A model generated the notes under the pieces. The model made no database searches. It worked only from the letters and a program-made list of their open reading frames with translations, and was not told where the DNA came from. Below are positions 42,003-61,343 of a DNA stretch of 64,000 nucleotides, in pieces (positions within the stretch are counted from its first letter, which is position 1; each line of letters begins with the position of its first letter). The DNA is from the human T2T-CHM13v2.0 reference genome, Homo sapiens: assembly GCF_009914755.1 (NCBI RefSeq), contig NC_060948.1, one strand, 5' to 3'. The position numbers were made by a program, and so were the translations under genes.

Positions 42003-44097
42003 AGATCCATATTTTTTAAATGAAAAAAAATTTCAAAGGTACTCTGCTTGGTACAATAATCAAATGTATAAACTGAGGAATAAAACATAACCATGAAACC
42101 TACTTATAACTGCATATGGAAAATACAGAGGATAATTTTTTAAATAACATATTTTGAAAGCCTTAACTAGTAATTTGAAGAGTTGGCATTTGAAAGGCCA
42201 GTATGAATATACCTTCAAAGCAGCAACACAGGTTCCCCATGAGAAAAAGCAAACACAGGGAAAATAAAAACACAAAGGTTCTATCTCTTCTGACCTTTGA
42301 AAGACACAGCACAGACAGTGGTCCTTAGGACGAAGAGCAGGAGACCCCTAATTCCGTCACCATGGCGATAGGGCATAAACATTGCTGGGTGAGGGCACAA
42401 TCCACATTGTGAGGTCCAACTGCTGCCAGGAAGACAGGAGTGCTTTTACATATACCGAAAGGTCATTGAAGGCTCAGAGTTTTGTTTCAAGGACTGAATC
42501 CCAAGCCCACACGTTATTAGGCTGCGCTTCTTAAAACAAGTTATGAGATGGGAAAAAGGGCACCCACAAACATACGTATACATTATGTATATAATAATAT
42601 ACAGTATCATATATATAATATATATAACCTATGTATAATATTGTTTTACATCCTGCATCTTATGTTATATATATTGTATAAAATATAATAATTGATAATA
42701 TATAAGTTTTATACTTATACAATATGACATATAGTATATATTATAATTTATGACATATATAATATATGTTATATATCATATATAGAATATATTATACGGT
42801 TAATATACGTATTAAATATAAATTATACATTATATATATTATATATAATATATCTGTTATATATAATACCCATTATGCATAATATATATATTATGTCTAT
42901 GTTATATATAGTATAAAACAACATATAATAATATATAATTGTATATATAAAATGCGACATATAATATATATTATATTTTATAACATATGTAATATATATT
43001 ATATATTATATATAATACGTTGTATGTATAATACCTATATTAAATATATATTATATGACTATGTTATTAATTACATGTCACATGTGTTATATATTATATA
43101 TTTTACATAGAATATACCGCTTACATACAATATATACTATGTTACCTATAATGTATAATTTATTACATGTAAAATAAAGAATGCAATATATTATGTATAA
43201 TTTATAATATACAATATGTGGAATGTGATATATATAACATATAATATATGATATATGATATACAGTATATGATATATAACATACAATATATGATTCCTAA
43301 TATATATGGTATACAATATATATTTTATGATATGTATTCTATATGTTTTATATTCTGTTATATATAACTATTTGAAATTATATATAACTGTATAATATTT
43401 TATGTAAATATGTAATATAATATATATAACTATATCATATATTATGTTATATATACTTTTATAACATAATTTACATAAAATATCATAACATAATATATAT
43501 TATATTATTTCATATTACATAATATATATTACATATCACCCAATATAAGTAACATACATAATATTATAATATAGATTATATTATGTTATATTAAATATCA
43601 TATATGTCATGTATCATATATTCTATAATATATATTACACATTATATAATATGTATGTTGTCTATTATGTGATATATATAACTCTATATATAATTATATT
43701 ATTATACATATAACTAGATAAACATGTAATTCTACATATTTTCATTTATAATATGTAGAATTATATAATCATATATAATTATTTATATTCTATAAAAAAT
43801 TTTATCTTTATATAAATTATAATATATAAAAATTATAATATGTACTACAAATATATATATTATATATCATATATGATATAGTACCTTTGTTATATATCAT
43901 AATACATATAAATGTGTATTATGTTATCTATAATTATATAATTTCATATATAAGATGTATAATATGTATCATATATTATATATGTTATGTAATATATATA
44001 GTATATATAAGATGACACAGGATAAATATTATATACTATGACATATAAAATATATGAGGTTATATGTTATATATAAGGCATAGCACATAACATGTAA

Positions 44098-44406
<309 letters not shown>

Positions 44407-46511
44407 AGATCCATATTTTTTAAATGAAAAAAAATTTCAAAGGTACTCTGCTTGGTACAATAATCAAATGTATAAACTGAGGAATAAAACATAACCATGA
44501 AACCTACTTATAACTGCATATGGAAAATACAGAGGATAATTTTTTAAATAACATATTTTGAAAGCCTTAACTAGTAATTTGAAGAGTTGGCATTTGAAAG
44601 GCCAGTATGAATATACCTTCAAAGCAGCAACACAGGTTCCCCATGAGAAAAAGCAAACACAGGGAAAATAAAAACACAAAGGTTCTATCTCTTCTGACCT
44701 TTGAAAGACACAGCACAGACAGTGGTCCTTAGGACGAAGAGCAGGAGACCCCTAATTCCGTCACCATGGCGATAGGGCATAAACATTGCTGGGTGAGGGC
44801 ACAATCCACATTGTGAGGTCCAACTGCTGCCAGGAAGACAGGAGTGCTTTTACATAGACCGAAAGGTCATTGAAGGCTCAGAGTTTTGTTTCAAGGACTG
44901 AATCCCAAGCCCACACGTTATTAGGCTGCGCTTCTTAAAACAAGTTATGAGATGGGAAAAAGGGCACCCACAAACATACGTATACATTATGTATATAATA
45001 ATATACAGTATCATATATATAATATATATAACCTATGTATAATATTGTTTTACATCCTGCATCTTATGTTATATATGTTGTATAAAATATAATAATTGAT
45101 AATATATAAGTTTTATACTTATACAATATGACATATAGTATATATTATAATTTATGACATATATAATATATGTTATATATCATATATAGAATATATTATA
45201 CGGTTAATATACGTATTAAATATAAATTATACATTATATATATTATATATAATATATCTGTTATATATAATACCCATTATGCATAATATATATATTATGT
45301 CTATGTTATATATAGTATAAAACAACATATAATAATATATAATTGTATATATAAAATGCGACATATAATATATATTATATTTTATAACATATGTAATATA
45401 TATTATATATTATATATAATACGTTGTATGTATAATACCTATATTAAATATATATTATATGACTATGTTATTAATTACATGTCACATGTGTTATATATTA
45501 TATATTTTACATAGAATATACTGCTTACATACAATATATACTATGTTACCTATAATGTATAATTTATTACATGTAAAATAAAGAATGCAATATATTATGT
45601 ATAATTTATAATATACAATATGTGGAATGTGATATATATAACATATAATATATGATATATGATATACAGTATATGATATATAACATAAAATATATGATTC
45701 CTAATATATATGGTATACAATATATATTTTATGATATGTATTCTATATGTTTTATATTCTGTTATATATAACTATTTGAAATTATATATAACTGTATAAT
45801 ATTTTATGTAAATATGTAATATAATATATATAACTATATAATATATTATATATAACTATATATTATGTTATATATACTTTTATAACATAATTTACGTAAA
45901 ATATCATAACATAATATATATTATATTATTTCATATTACATAATATATATTACATATCACCCAATATAACTAACATACATAATATTATAATATAGATTAT
46001 ATTATGTTATATTAAATATCATATATATCATGTATCATATATTCTATAATATATATTACACATTATATAATATGTATGTTGTCTATTATGTGATATATAT
46101 AACTATATATATAATTATATTTTTATACATATAACTAGATAAACATGTAATTCTACATATTTTCATTTATAATATGTAGAATTATATAATCATATATAAT
46201 TATTTATATTCTATAAAAAATTTTATCATTATATAAATTATAATATATAAAAATTATAATATGTACTACAAATATATATATTATATATCATATATGATAT
46301 AGTACCTTTGTTATATATCATAATACATATAAATGTGTATTATGTTATCTATAATTATATAATTTCATATATAAAATGTATAATATGTATCATATATTAT
46401 ATATGTTATGTAATATATATAGTATATATAAGATGACACAGGATAAATATTATATAGTATGACATATAAAATATATCAGGTTATATGTTACATATAAGGC
46501 ATAGCACATAA

Positions 46512-46826
<315 letters not shown>

Positions 46827-48931
46827 AGATCCATATTTTTTAAATGAAAAAAAATTTCAAAGGTACTCTGCTTGGTACAATAATCAAATGTATAAACTGA
46901 GGAATAAAACATAACCATGAAACCTACTTATAACTGCATATGGAAAATACAGAGGATAATTTTTTAAATAACATATTTTGAAAGCCTTAACTAGTAATTT
47001 GAAGAGCTGGCATTTGAAAGGCCAGTATGAATATACCTTCAAAGCAGCAACACCGGTTCCCCATGAGAAAAAGCAAACACAGGGAAAATAAAAACACAAA
47101 GGTTCAATCTCTTCTGACCTTTGAAAGACACAGCACAGACAGTGGTCCTTAGGACGAAGAGCAGGAGACCCCTAATTCCGTCACCATGGCGATAGGGCAT
47201 AAACATTGCTGGGTGAGGGCACAATCCACATTGTGAGGTCCAACTGCTGCCAGGAAGACAGGAGTGCTTTTACATAGACCGAAAGGTCATTGAAGGCTCA
47301 GAGTTTTGTTTCAAGAACTCAATCCCAAGCCCACACGTTATTAGGCTGCGCTTCTTAAAACAAGTTATGAGATGGGAAAAAGGGCACCCACAAACATACG
47401 TATACATTATGTATATAATAATATACAGTATCATATATATAATATATATAATCTATGTATAATATTGTTTTACATCCTGCATCTTATGTTATATATATTG
47501 TATAAAATATAATAATTGATAATATATAAGTTTTATAATTATATAATATGACATATAGTATATATTATAATTTATGACATATATAATATATGTTATATAT
47601 CATATATAGAATATATTATACGGTTAATATACGTATTAAATATAAATTATACATTATATATATTATATATAATATATCTGTTATATATAATACCCATTAT
47701 GCATAATATATATATTATGTCTATGTTATATATAGTATAAAACAACATATAATAATATATAATTGTATATATAAAATGCGACATATAATATATATTATAT
47801 TTTATAACATATGTAATATATATTATATATTATATATAATACGTTGTATGTATAATACCTATATTAAATATATATTATATGACTATGTTTTTAATGACAT
47901 GTCACATGTGTTATATATTATATATTTTACATAGAATATACCGGTTACATACAATATATACTATGTTACCTATAATGTATAATTTATTACATGTAAAATA
48001 AAGAATGCAATATATTATGTATAATTTATAATATACAATATATGGAATGTGATATATATAACATATAATATATGATATATGATATACAGTATATGATATA
48101 TAACATACAATATATGATTCCTAATATATATGGTATACAATATATATTTTATGATATGTATTCTATATTTTTTATATTCTGTTATATATAACTATTTGAA
48201 ATTATATATAACTGTATAATAGTTTATGTAAATATGTAATATAATATATATAACTATATAATATATTATATATAACTATATATTATGTTATATATACTTT
48301 TATAACATAATTTACATAAAATATCATAATATAATATATATTATATTATTTCATATTACATAATATATATTACATATCACCCAATATAACTAACATACAT
48401 AATATTATAATATAGATTATATTATGTTATATTAAATATCATATATATCATGTATCATATATTCTATAATATATATTACACATTATATAATATGTATGTT
48501 TTCTATTATGTGATATATATAACTCTATATGTAATTATATTATTATACAAATAACTAGATAAACATGTAAATCTACATATTTTCATTTATAATATGAAGA
48601 ATTATATAATCATATATAATTATTTATATTCTATAAAAAATTTTATCATTATATAAATTATAATATATAAAAATTATAATATGTACTACAAATATATATA
48701 TTATATATCATATCTGATATAGTACCTTTGTTATATATCATAATACATATAAATGTGTATTATGTTATCTATAATTATATAATTTCATATATAAGATGTA
48801 TAATATGTATCATATATTATATATGTTATGTAATATATACAGTATATATAAGATGACACAGGATAAATATTATATACTATGACATATAAAATATATGAGG
48901 TTATATGTTACATATTAGGCATAGCACATAA

Positions 48932-49246
<315 letters not shown>

Positions 49247-51358
49247 AGATCCATATTTTTTAAATGAAAAAAAATTTCAAAGGTACTCTGCTTGGTACAA
49301 TAATCAAATGTATAAACTGAGGAATAAAACATAACCATGAAACCTACTTATAACTGCATATGGAAAATACAGAGGATAATTTTTTAAATAACATATTTTG
49401 AAAGCCTTAACTAGTAATTTGAAGAGCTGGCATTTGAAAGGCCTGTATGAATATACCTTCAAAGCAGCAACACAGGTTCCCCATGAGAAAAAGCAAACAC
49501 AGGGAAAATAAAAACACAAAGGTTCAATCTCTTCTGACCTTTGAAAGACACAGCACAGACAGTGGTCCTTAGGACGAAGAGCAGGAGACCCCTAATTCCG
49601 TCACCATGGCGATAGGGCATAAACATTGCTGGGTGAGGGCACAATCCACATTGTGAGGTCCAACTGCTGCCAGGAAGACAGGAGTGCTTTTACATAGACC
49701 GAAAGGTCATTGAAGGCTCAGAGTTTTGTTTCAAGAACTGAATCCCAAGCCCACACGTTATTAGGCTGCGCTTCTTAAAACAAGTTATGAGATGGGAAAA
49801 AGGGCACCCACAAACATACGTATACATTATGTATATAATAATATACAGTATCATATATATAATATATATAATCTATGTATAATATTGTTTTACATCCTGC
49901 ATCTTATGTTATATATATTGTATAAAATATAATAATTGATAATATATAAGTTTTATAATTATATAATATGACATATAGTATATATTATAATTTATGACAT
50001 ATATAATATATGTTATATATCATATATAGAATATATTATACGGTTAATATACGTATTAAATATAAATTATACATTATATATATTATATATAATATATCTG
50101 TTATATATAATACCCATTATGCATAATATATATATTATGTCTATGTTATATATAGTATAAAACAACATATAATAATATATAATTGTATATATAAAATGCG
50201 ACATATAATATATATTATATTTTATAACATATGTAATATATATTATATATTATATATAATACGTTGTATGTATAATACCTATATTAAATATATATTATAT
50301 GACTATGTTATTAATGACATGTCACATGTGTTATATATTATATATTTTACATAGAATATACCGGTTACATACAATATATACTATGTTACCTATAATGTAT
50401 AATTTATTACATGTAAAATAAAGAATGCAATATATTATGTATAATTTATAATATACAATATATGGAATGTGATATATATAACATATAATATATGATATAT
50501 GATATACAGTATATGATATATAACATACAATATATGATTCCTAATATATATGGTATACAATATATATTTTATGATATGTATTCTATATGTTTTATATTCT
50601 GTTATATATAACTATTTGAAATTATATATAACTGTATAATATTTTATGTAAATATGTAATATAATATATATAACTATATAATATATTATATATAACTATA
50701 TATTATGTTATATATACTTTTATAACATAATTTACATAAAATATCATAACATAATATATATTATATTATTTCATATTACATAATATATATTACATATCAC
50801 CCAATATAAGTAACATACATAATATTATAATATAGATTATATTATGTTATATTAAATATCATATATGTCATGTATCATATATTCTATAATATATATTACA
50901 CATTATATAATATGTATGTTGTCTATTATGTGATATATATAACTCTATATATAATTATATTATTATACATATAACTAGATAAACATGTAATTCTACATAT
51001 TTTCATTTATAATATGTAGAATTATATAATCATATATAATTATTTATATTCTATAAAAAATTTTATCATTATATAAATTATAATATATAAAAATTATAAT
51101 ATGTACTACAAATATATATATTATATATCATATATGATATAGTACCTTTGTTATATATCATAATACATATAAATGTGTATTATGTTATCTATAATTATAT
51201 AATTTCATATATAAGATGTATAATATGTATCATATATTATATATGTTATGTAATATATATAGTATATATAAGATGACACAGGATAAATATTATATACTAT
51301 GACATATAAAATATATGAGGTTATATGTTATATATAAGGCATAGCACATAACATGTAA

Positions 51359-51667
<309 letters not shown>

Positions 51668-53779
51668 AGATCCATATTTTTTAAATGAAAAAAAATTTCA
51701 AAGGTACTCTGCTTGGTACAATAATCAAATGTATAAACTGAGGAATAAAACATAACCATGAAACCTACTTATAACTGCATATGGAAAATACAGAGGATAA
51801 TTTTTTAAATAACATATTTTGAAAGCCTTAACTAGTAATTTGAAGAGTTGGCATTTGAAAGGCCAGTATGAATATACCTTCAAAGCAGCAACACAGGTTC
51901 CCCATGAGAAAAAGCAAACACAGGGAAAATAAAAACACAAAGGTTCTATCTCTTCTGACCTTTGAAAGACACAGCACAGACAGTGGTCCTTAGGACGAAG
52001 AGCAGGAGACCCCTAATTCCGTCACCATGGCGATAGGGCATAAACATTGCTGGGTGAGGGCACAATCCACATTGTGAGGTCCAACTGCTGCCAGGAAGAC
52101 AGGAGTGCTTTTACATATACCGAAAGGTCATTGAAGGCTCAGAGTTTTGTTTCAAGGACTGAATCCCAAGCCCACACGTTATTAGGCTGCGCTTCTTAAA
52201 ACAAGTTATGAGATGGGAAAAAGGGCACCCACAAACATACGTATACATTATGTATATAATAATATACAGTATCATATATATAATATATATAACCTATGTA
52301 TAATATTGTTTTACATCCTGCATCTTATGTTATATATATTGTATAAAATATAATAATTGATAATATATAAGTTTTATACTTATACAATATGACATATAGT
52401 ATATATTATAATTTATGACATATATAATATATGTTATATATCATATATAGAATATATTATACGGTTAATATACGTATTAAATATAAATTATACATTATAT
52501 ATATTATATATAATATATCTGTTATATATAATACCCATTATGCATAATATATATATTATGTCTATGTTATATATAGTATAAAACAACATATAATAATATA
52601 TAATTGTATATATAAAATGCGACATATAATATATATTATATTTTATAACATATGTAATATATATTATATATTATATATAATACGTTGTATGTATAATACC
52701 TATATTAAATATATATTATATGACTATGTTATTAATTACATGTCACATGTGTTATATATTATATATTTTACATAGAATATACCGCTTACATACAATATAT
52801 ACTATGTTACCTATAATGTATAATTTATTACATGTAAAATAAAGAATGCAATATATTATGTATAATTTATAATATACAATATGTGGAATGTGATATATAT
52901 AACATATAATATATGATATATGATATACAGTATATGATATATAACATACAATATATGATTCCTAATATATATGGTATACAATATATATTTTATGATATGT
53001 ATTCTATATGTTTTATATTCTGTTATATATAACTATTTGAAATTATATATAACTGTATAATATTTTATGTAAATATGTAATATAATATATATAACTATAT
53101 AATATATTATATATAACTATATATTATGTTATATATACTTTTATAACATAATTTACATAAAATATTATAACATAATATATATTATATTATTTCATATTAC
53201 ATAATATATATTACATATCACCCAATATAAGTAACATACATAATATTATAATATAGATTATATTATGTTATATTAAATATCATATATGTCATGTATCATA
53301 TATTCTATAATATATATTACACATTATATAATATGTATGTTGTCTATTATGTGATATATATAACTCTATATATAATTATATTATTATACATATAACTAGA
53401 TAAACATGTAATTCTACATATTTTCATTTATAATATGTAGAATTATATAATCATATATAATTATTTATATTCTATAAAAAATTTTATCATTATATAAATT
53501 ATAATATATAAAAATTATAATATGTACTACAAATATATATATTATATATCATATATGATATAGTACCTTTGTTATATATCATAATACATATAAATGTGTA
53601 TTATGTTATCTATAATTATATAATTTCATATATAAGATGTATAATATGTATCATATATTATATATGTTATGTAATATATATAGTATATATAAGATGACAC
53701 AGGATAAATATTATATACTATGACATATAAAATATATGAGGTTATATGTTATATATAAGGCATAGCACATAACATGTAA

Positions 53780-54088
<309 letters not shown>

Positions 54089-56193
54089 AGATCCATATTT
54101 TTTAAATGAAAAAAAATTTCAAAGGTACTCTGCTTGGTACAATAATCAAATGTATAAACTGAGGAATAAAACATAACCATGAAACCTACTTATAACTGCA
54201 TATGGAAAATACAGAGGATAATTTTTTAAATAACATATTTTGAAAGCCTTAACTAGTAATTTGAAGAGTTGGCATTTGAAAGGCCAGTATGAATATACCT
54301 TCAAAGCAGCAACACAGGTTCCCCATGAGAAAAAGCAAACACAGGGAAAATAAAAACACAAAGGTTCTATCTCTTCTGACCTTTGAAAGACACAGCACAG
54401 ACAGTGGTCCTTAGGACGAAGAGCAGGAGACCCCTAATTCCGTCACCATGGCGATAGGGCATAAACATTGCTGGGTGAGGGCACAATCCACATTGTGAGG
54501 TCCAACTGCTGCCAGGAAGACAGGAGTGCTTTTACATAGACCGAAAGGTCATTGAAGGCTCAGAGTTTTGTTTCAAGGACTGAATCCCAAGCCCACACGT
54601 TATTAGGCTGCGCTTCTTAAAACAAGTTATGAGATGGGAAAAAGGGCACCCACAAACATACGTATACATTATGTATATAATAATATACAGTATCATATAT
54701 ATAATATATATAACCTATGTATAATATTGTTTTACATCCTGCATCTTATGTTATATATGTTGTATAAAATATAATAATTGATAATATATAAGTTTTATAC
54801 TTATACAATATGACATATAGTATATATTATAATTTATGACATATATAATATATGTTATATATCATATATAGAATATATTATACGGTTAATATACGTATTA
54901 AATATAAATTATACATTATATATATTATATATAATATATCTGTTATATATAATACCCATTATGCATAATATATATATTATGTCTATGTTATATATAGTAT
55001 AAAACAACATATAATAATATATAATTGTATATATAAAATGCGACATATAATATATATTATATTTTATAACATATGTAATATATATTATATATTATATATA
55101 ATACGTTGTATGTATAATACCTATATTAAATATATATTATATGACTATGTTATTAATTACATGTCACATGTGTTATATATTATATATTTTACATAGAATA
55201 TACTGCTTACATACAATATATACTATGTTACCTATAATGTATAATTTATTACATGTAAAATAAAGAATGCAATATATTATGTATAATTTATAATATACAA
55301 TATGTGGAATGTGATATATATAACATATAATATATGATATATGATATACAGTATATGATATATAACATAAAATATATGATTCCTAATATATATGGTATAC
55401 AATATATATTTTATGATATGTATTCTATATGTTTTATATTCTGTTATATATAACTATTTGAAATTATATATAACTGTATAATATTTTATGTAAATATGTA
55501 ATATAATATATATAACTATATAATATATTATATATAACTATATATTATGTTATATATACTTTTATAACATAATTTACGTAAAATATCATAACATAATATA
55601 TATTATATTATTTCATATTACATAATATATATTACATATCACCCAATATAACTAACATACATAATATTATAATATAGATTATATTATGTTATATTAAATA
55701 TCATATATATCATGTATCATATATTCTATAATATATATTACACATTATATAATATGTATGTTGTCTATTATGTGATATATATAACTATATATATAATTAT
55801 ATTTTTATACATATAACTAGATAAACATGTAATTCTACATATTTTCATTTATAATATGTAGAATTATATAATCATATATAATTATTTATATTCTATAAAA
55901 AATTTTATCATTATATAAATTATAATATATAAAAATTATAATATGTACTACAAATATATATATTATATATCATATATGATATAGTACCTTTGTTATATAT
56001 CATAATACATATAAATGTGTATTATGTTATCTATAATTATATAATTTCATATATAAAATGTATAATATGTATCATATATTATATATGTTATGTAATATAT
56101 ATAGTATATATAAGATGACACAGGATAAATATTATATAGTATGACATATAAAATATATCAGGTTATATGTTACATATAAGGCATAGCACATAA

Positions 56194-56508
<315 letters not shown>

Positions 56509-58636
56509 AGATCCATATTTTTTAAATGAAAAAAAATTTCAAAGGTACTCTGCTTGGTACAATAATCAAATGTATAAACTGAGGAATAAAACATAACCAT
56601 GAAACCTACTTATAACTGCATATGGAAAATACAGAGGATAATTTTTTAAATAACATATTTTGAAAGCCTTAACTAGTAATTTGAAGAGCTGGCATTTGAA
56701 AGGCCAGTATGAATATACCTTCAAAGCAGCAACACCGGTTCCCCATGAGAAAAAGCAAACACAGGGAAAATAAAAACACAAAGGTTCAATCTCTTCTGAC
56801 CTTTGAAAGACACAGCACAGACAGTGGTCCTTAGGACGAAGAGCAGGAGACCCCTAATTCCGTCACCATGGCGATAGGGCATAAACATTGCTGGGTGAGG
56901 GCACAATCCACATTGTGAGGTCCAACTGCTGCCAGGAAGACAGGAGTGCTTTTACATAGACCGAAAGGTCATTGAAGGCTCAGAGTTTTGTTTCAAGAAC
57001 TCAATCCCAAGCCCACACGTTATTAGGCTGCGCTTCTTAAAACAAGTTATGAGATGGGAAAAAGGGCACCCACAAACATACGTATACATTATGTATATAA
57101 TAATATACAGTATCATATATATAATATATATAACCTATGTATAATATTGTTTTACATCCTGCATCTTATGTTATATATATTGTATAAAATATAATAATTG
57201 ATAATATATAAGTTTTATACTTATACAATATGACATATAGTATATATTATAATTTATGACATATATAATATATGTTATATATCATATATAGAATATATTA
57301 TACGGTTAATATACGTATTAAATATAAATTATACATTATATATATTATATATAATATATCTGTTATATATAATACCCATTATGCATAATATATATATTAT
57401 GTCTATGTTATATATAGTATAAAACAACATATAATAATATATAATTGTATATATAAAATGCGACATATAATATATATTATATTTTATAACATATGTAATA
57501 TATATTATATATTATATATAATACGTTGTATGTATAATACCTATATTAAATATATATTATATGACTATGTTATTAATTACATGTCACATGTGTTATATAT
57601 TATATATTTTACATAGAATATACTGCTTACATACAATATATACTATGTTACCTATAATGTATAATTTATTACATGTAAAATAAAGAATGCAATATATTAT
57701 GTATAATTTATAATATACAATATGTGGAATGTGATATATATAACATATAATATATGATATATGATATACAGTATATGATATATAACATACAATATATGAT
57801 TCCTAATATATATGGTATACAATATATATTTTATGATATGTATTCTATATGTTTTATATTCTGTTATATATAACTATTTGAAATTATATATAACTGTATA
57901 ATATTTTATGTAAATATGTAATATAATATATATAACTATATAATATATTATATATAACTATATATTATGTTATATATACTTTTATAACATAATTTACATA
58001 AAATATCATAACATAATATATATTATATTATTTCATATTACATAATATATATTACATATCACCCAATATAACTAACATACATAATATTATAATATAGATT
58101 ATATTATGTTATATTAAATATCATATATATCATGTATCATATATTCTATAATATATATTACACATTATATAATATGTATGTTGTCTATTATGTGATATAT
58201 ATAACTATATATATAATTATATTTTTATACATATAACTAGATAAACATGTAATTCTACATATTTTCATTTATAATATGTAGAATTATATAATCATATATA
58301 ATTATTTATATTCTATAAAAAATTTTATCATTATATAAATTATAATATATAAAAATTATAATATGTACTACAAATATATATATTATATATCATATATGAT
58401 ATAGTACCTTTGTTATATATCATAATACATATAAATGTGTATTATGTTATCTATAATTATATAATTTCATATATAAGATGTATAATATGTATCATATATT
58501 ATATATGCTATGTAATATATATAGTATATATAAGATGACACAGGATAAATATTATATACTATGACATATAAAATATATCAGGTTATATGTTACATATAAG
58601 GCATAGCACATAACATGTAATATATATCATATATAA

Positions 58637-58928
58637 TTTTTCTTTAGACAGAATCTTGTCCTGTTGCACAGGGTGGGGTACAATGGCGCCATCTTTGCTC
58701 ACTGCAACTTCTGCCCCACGGGTCCAAGCGATTGTCCTCCCTCAGCCTCCCAGGTAGCTGGGACTACACCACACTGGGACTACACCAGCTGCCACCATAC
58801 CTAGCTAATTTTTTGGATTTTTAGTAGTGACAGCGTTTCACTGTATTGGCCAGGATGGTCTTGATCTCTTCACCTTGTGATCCCCTTGCCTTGGCCTCCA
58901 AATTTGCTGGGATTACAGGCCTGAGCCA
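58637..58928 (-). mobile_element. Alu of U25
   Basis: Same Alu; tail T5-C-T3, 'accatacc' as in U2. Confidence 0.92.
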
Positions 58929-61028
58929 AGATCCATATTTTTTAAATGAAAAAAAATTTCAAAGGTACTCTGCTTGGTACAATAATCAAATGTATAAACT
59001 GAGGAATAAAACGTAACCATGAAACCTACTTATAACTGCATATGGAAAATACAGAGGATAATTTTTTAAATAACATATTTTGAAAGCCTTAACTAGTAAT
59101 TTGAAGAGTTGGCATTTGAAAGGCCAGTATGAATAAGCCTTCAAAGCAGCATCACAGGTTCCCCATGAGAAAAAGCAAACACAGGGAAAATAAAAACACA
59201 AAGGTTCAATCTCTTCTGACCTTTGAAAGACACAGCACAGACAGTGGTCCTTAGGACGAAGAGCAGGAGACCCCTATTTCCGTCACCATGGCGATAGGGC
59301 ATAAACATTGCTGGGTGAGGGCACAATCCACATTGTGAGGTCCAACTGCTGCCAGGAAGACAGGAGTGCTTTTACATAGAACGAAAGGTCATTGAAGGCT
59401 CAGAGTTTTGTTTCAAGAACTGAATCCCAAGCCCACACGATATTAGGCTGCGCTTCTTAAAACAAGTTATGAGATGGGAAAAAGGGCACCCACAAACATA
59501 CGTATACATTATGTATATAATAATATACAGTATCATATATATAATATATATAACCTATGTATAATATTGTTTTACATCCTGCATCTTATGTTATATATAT
59601 TGTATAAAATATAATAATTGATAATATATAAGTTTTATATTTATACAATATGACATATAGTATATATTATAATTTATGACATATATAATATATGTTATAT
59701 ATCATATATAGAATATATTATACGTTTAATATACGTATTAAATATAAATTATACATTATATATATTATATATAATATATCTGTTATATATAATACCCATT
59801 ATGCATAATATATATATTATGTCTATGTTATATATAGTATAAAACAACATGTAATAATATATAATTGAATATATAAAATGCGACATATAATATATATTAT
59901 ATTTTATAACATATGTAATATATATTATATATTATATATAATACGTTGTATGTATAATACCTATATTAAATATATATTATATGACTATGTTATTAATTAC
60001 ATGTCACATGTGTTATATATTATATATTTTACATAGAATATACCGGTTACATACAATATATACTATGTTACCTATAATGTATAATTTATTACATGTAAAA
60101 TAAAGAATGCAATATATTATGTATAATTTATAATATACAATATGTGGAATGTGATATATATAACATATAATATATGATATATGATATACAGTATATGATA
60201 TATAACATACAATATATGATTCCTAATATATATGGTATACAATATATATTTTATGATATGTATTCTATATGTTTTATATTCTGTTATATATAACTATTTG
60301 AAATTATATATAACTGTATAATATTTTATGTAAATATGTAATATAATATATATAACTATATAATATATTATATATAACTATATATTATGTTATATATACT
60401 TTTATAACATAATTTACATAAAATATCATAATATAATATATATTATATTATTTCATATTACATAATATATATTACATATCACCCAATATAACTAACATAC
60501 ATAATATTATAATATAGATTATATTGTGTTATATTAAATATCATATATATCATGTATCATATATTCTATAATATGTATTACACATTATATATGTATGTTG
60601 TCTATTATGTGATATATATAACTATATATATAATTATATTTTTATACATATAACTAGATAAACATGTAATTCTACATATTTTCATTTATAATATGTAGAA
60701 TTATATAATCATATATAATTATTTATATTCTATAAAAAATTTTATCATTATATAAATTATAATATATAAAAATTATAATATGTACTACAAATATATATTA
60801 TATATCATATATGATATAGTACCTTTGTTATATTTCATAATACATATAAATGTGTATTATGTTATCTATAATTATATAATTTCATATATAAGATGTATAA
60901 TATGTATCATATATTATATATGTTATGTACTATATATAGTATATATAAGATGACACAGGATAAATATTATATACTATGACTTATAAAATATATGAGGTTA
61001 TATGTTACATATAAGTCATAGCACATAA

Positions 61029-61343
<315 letters not shown>

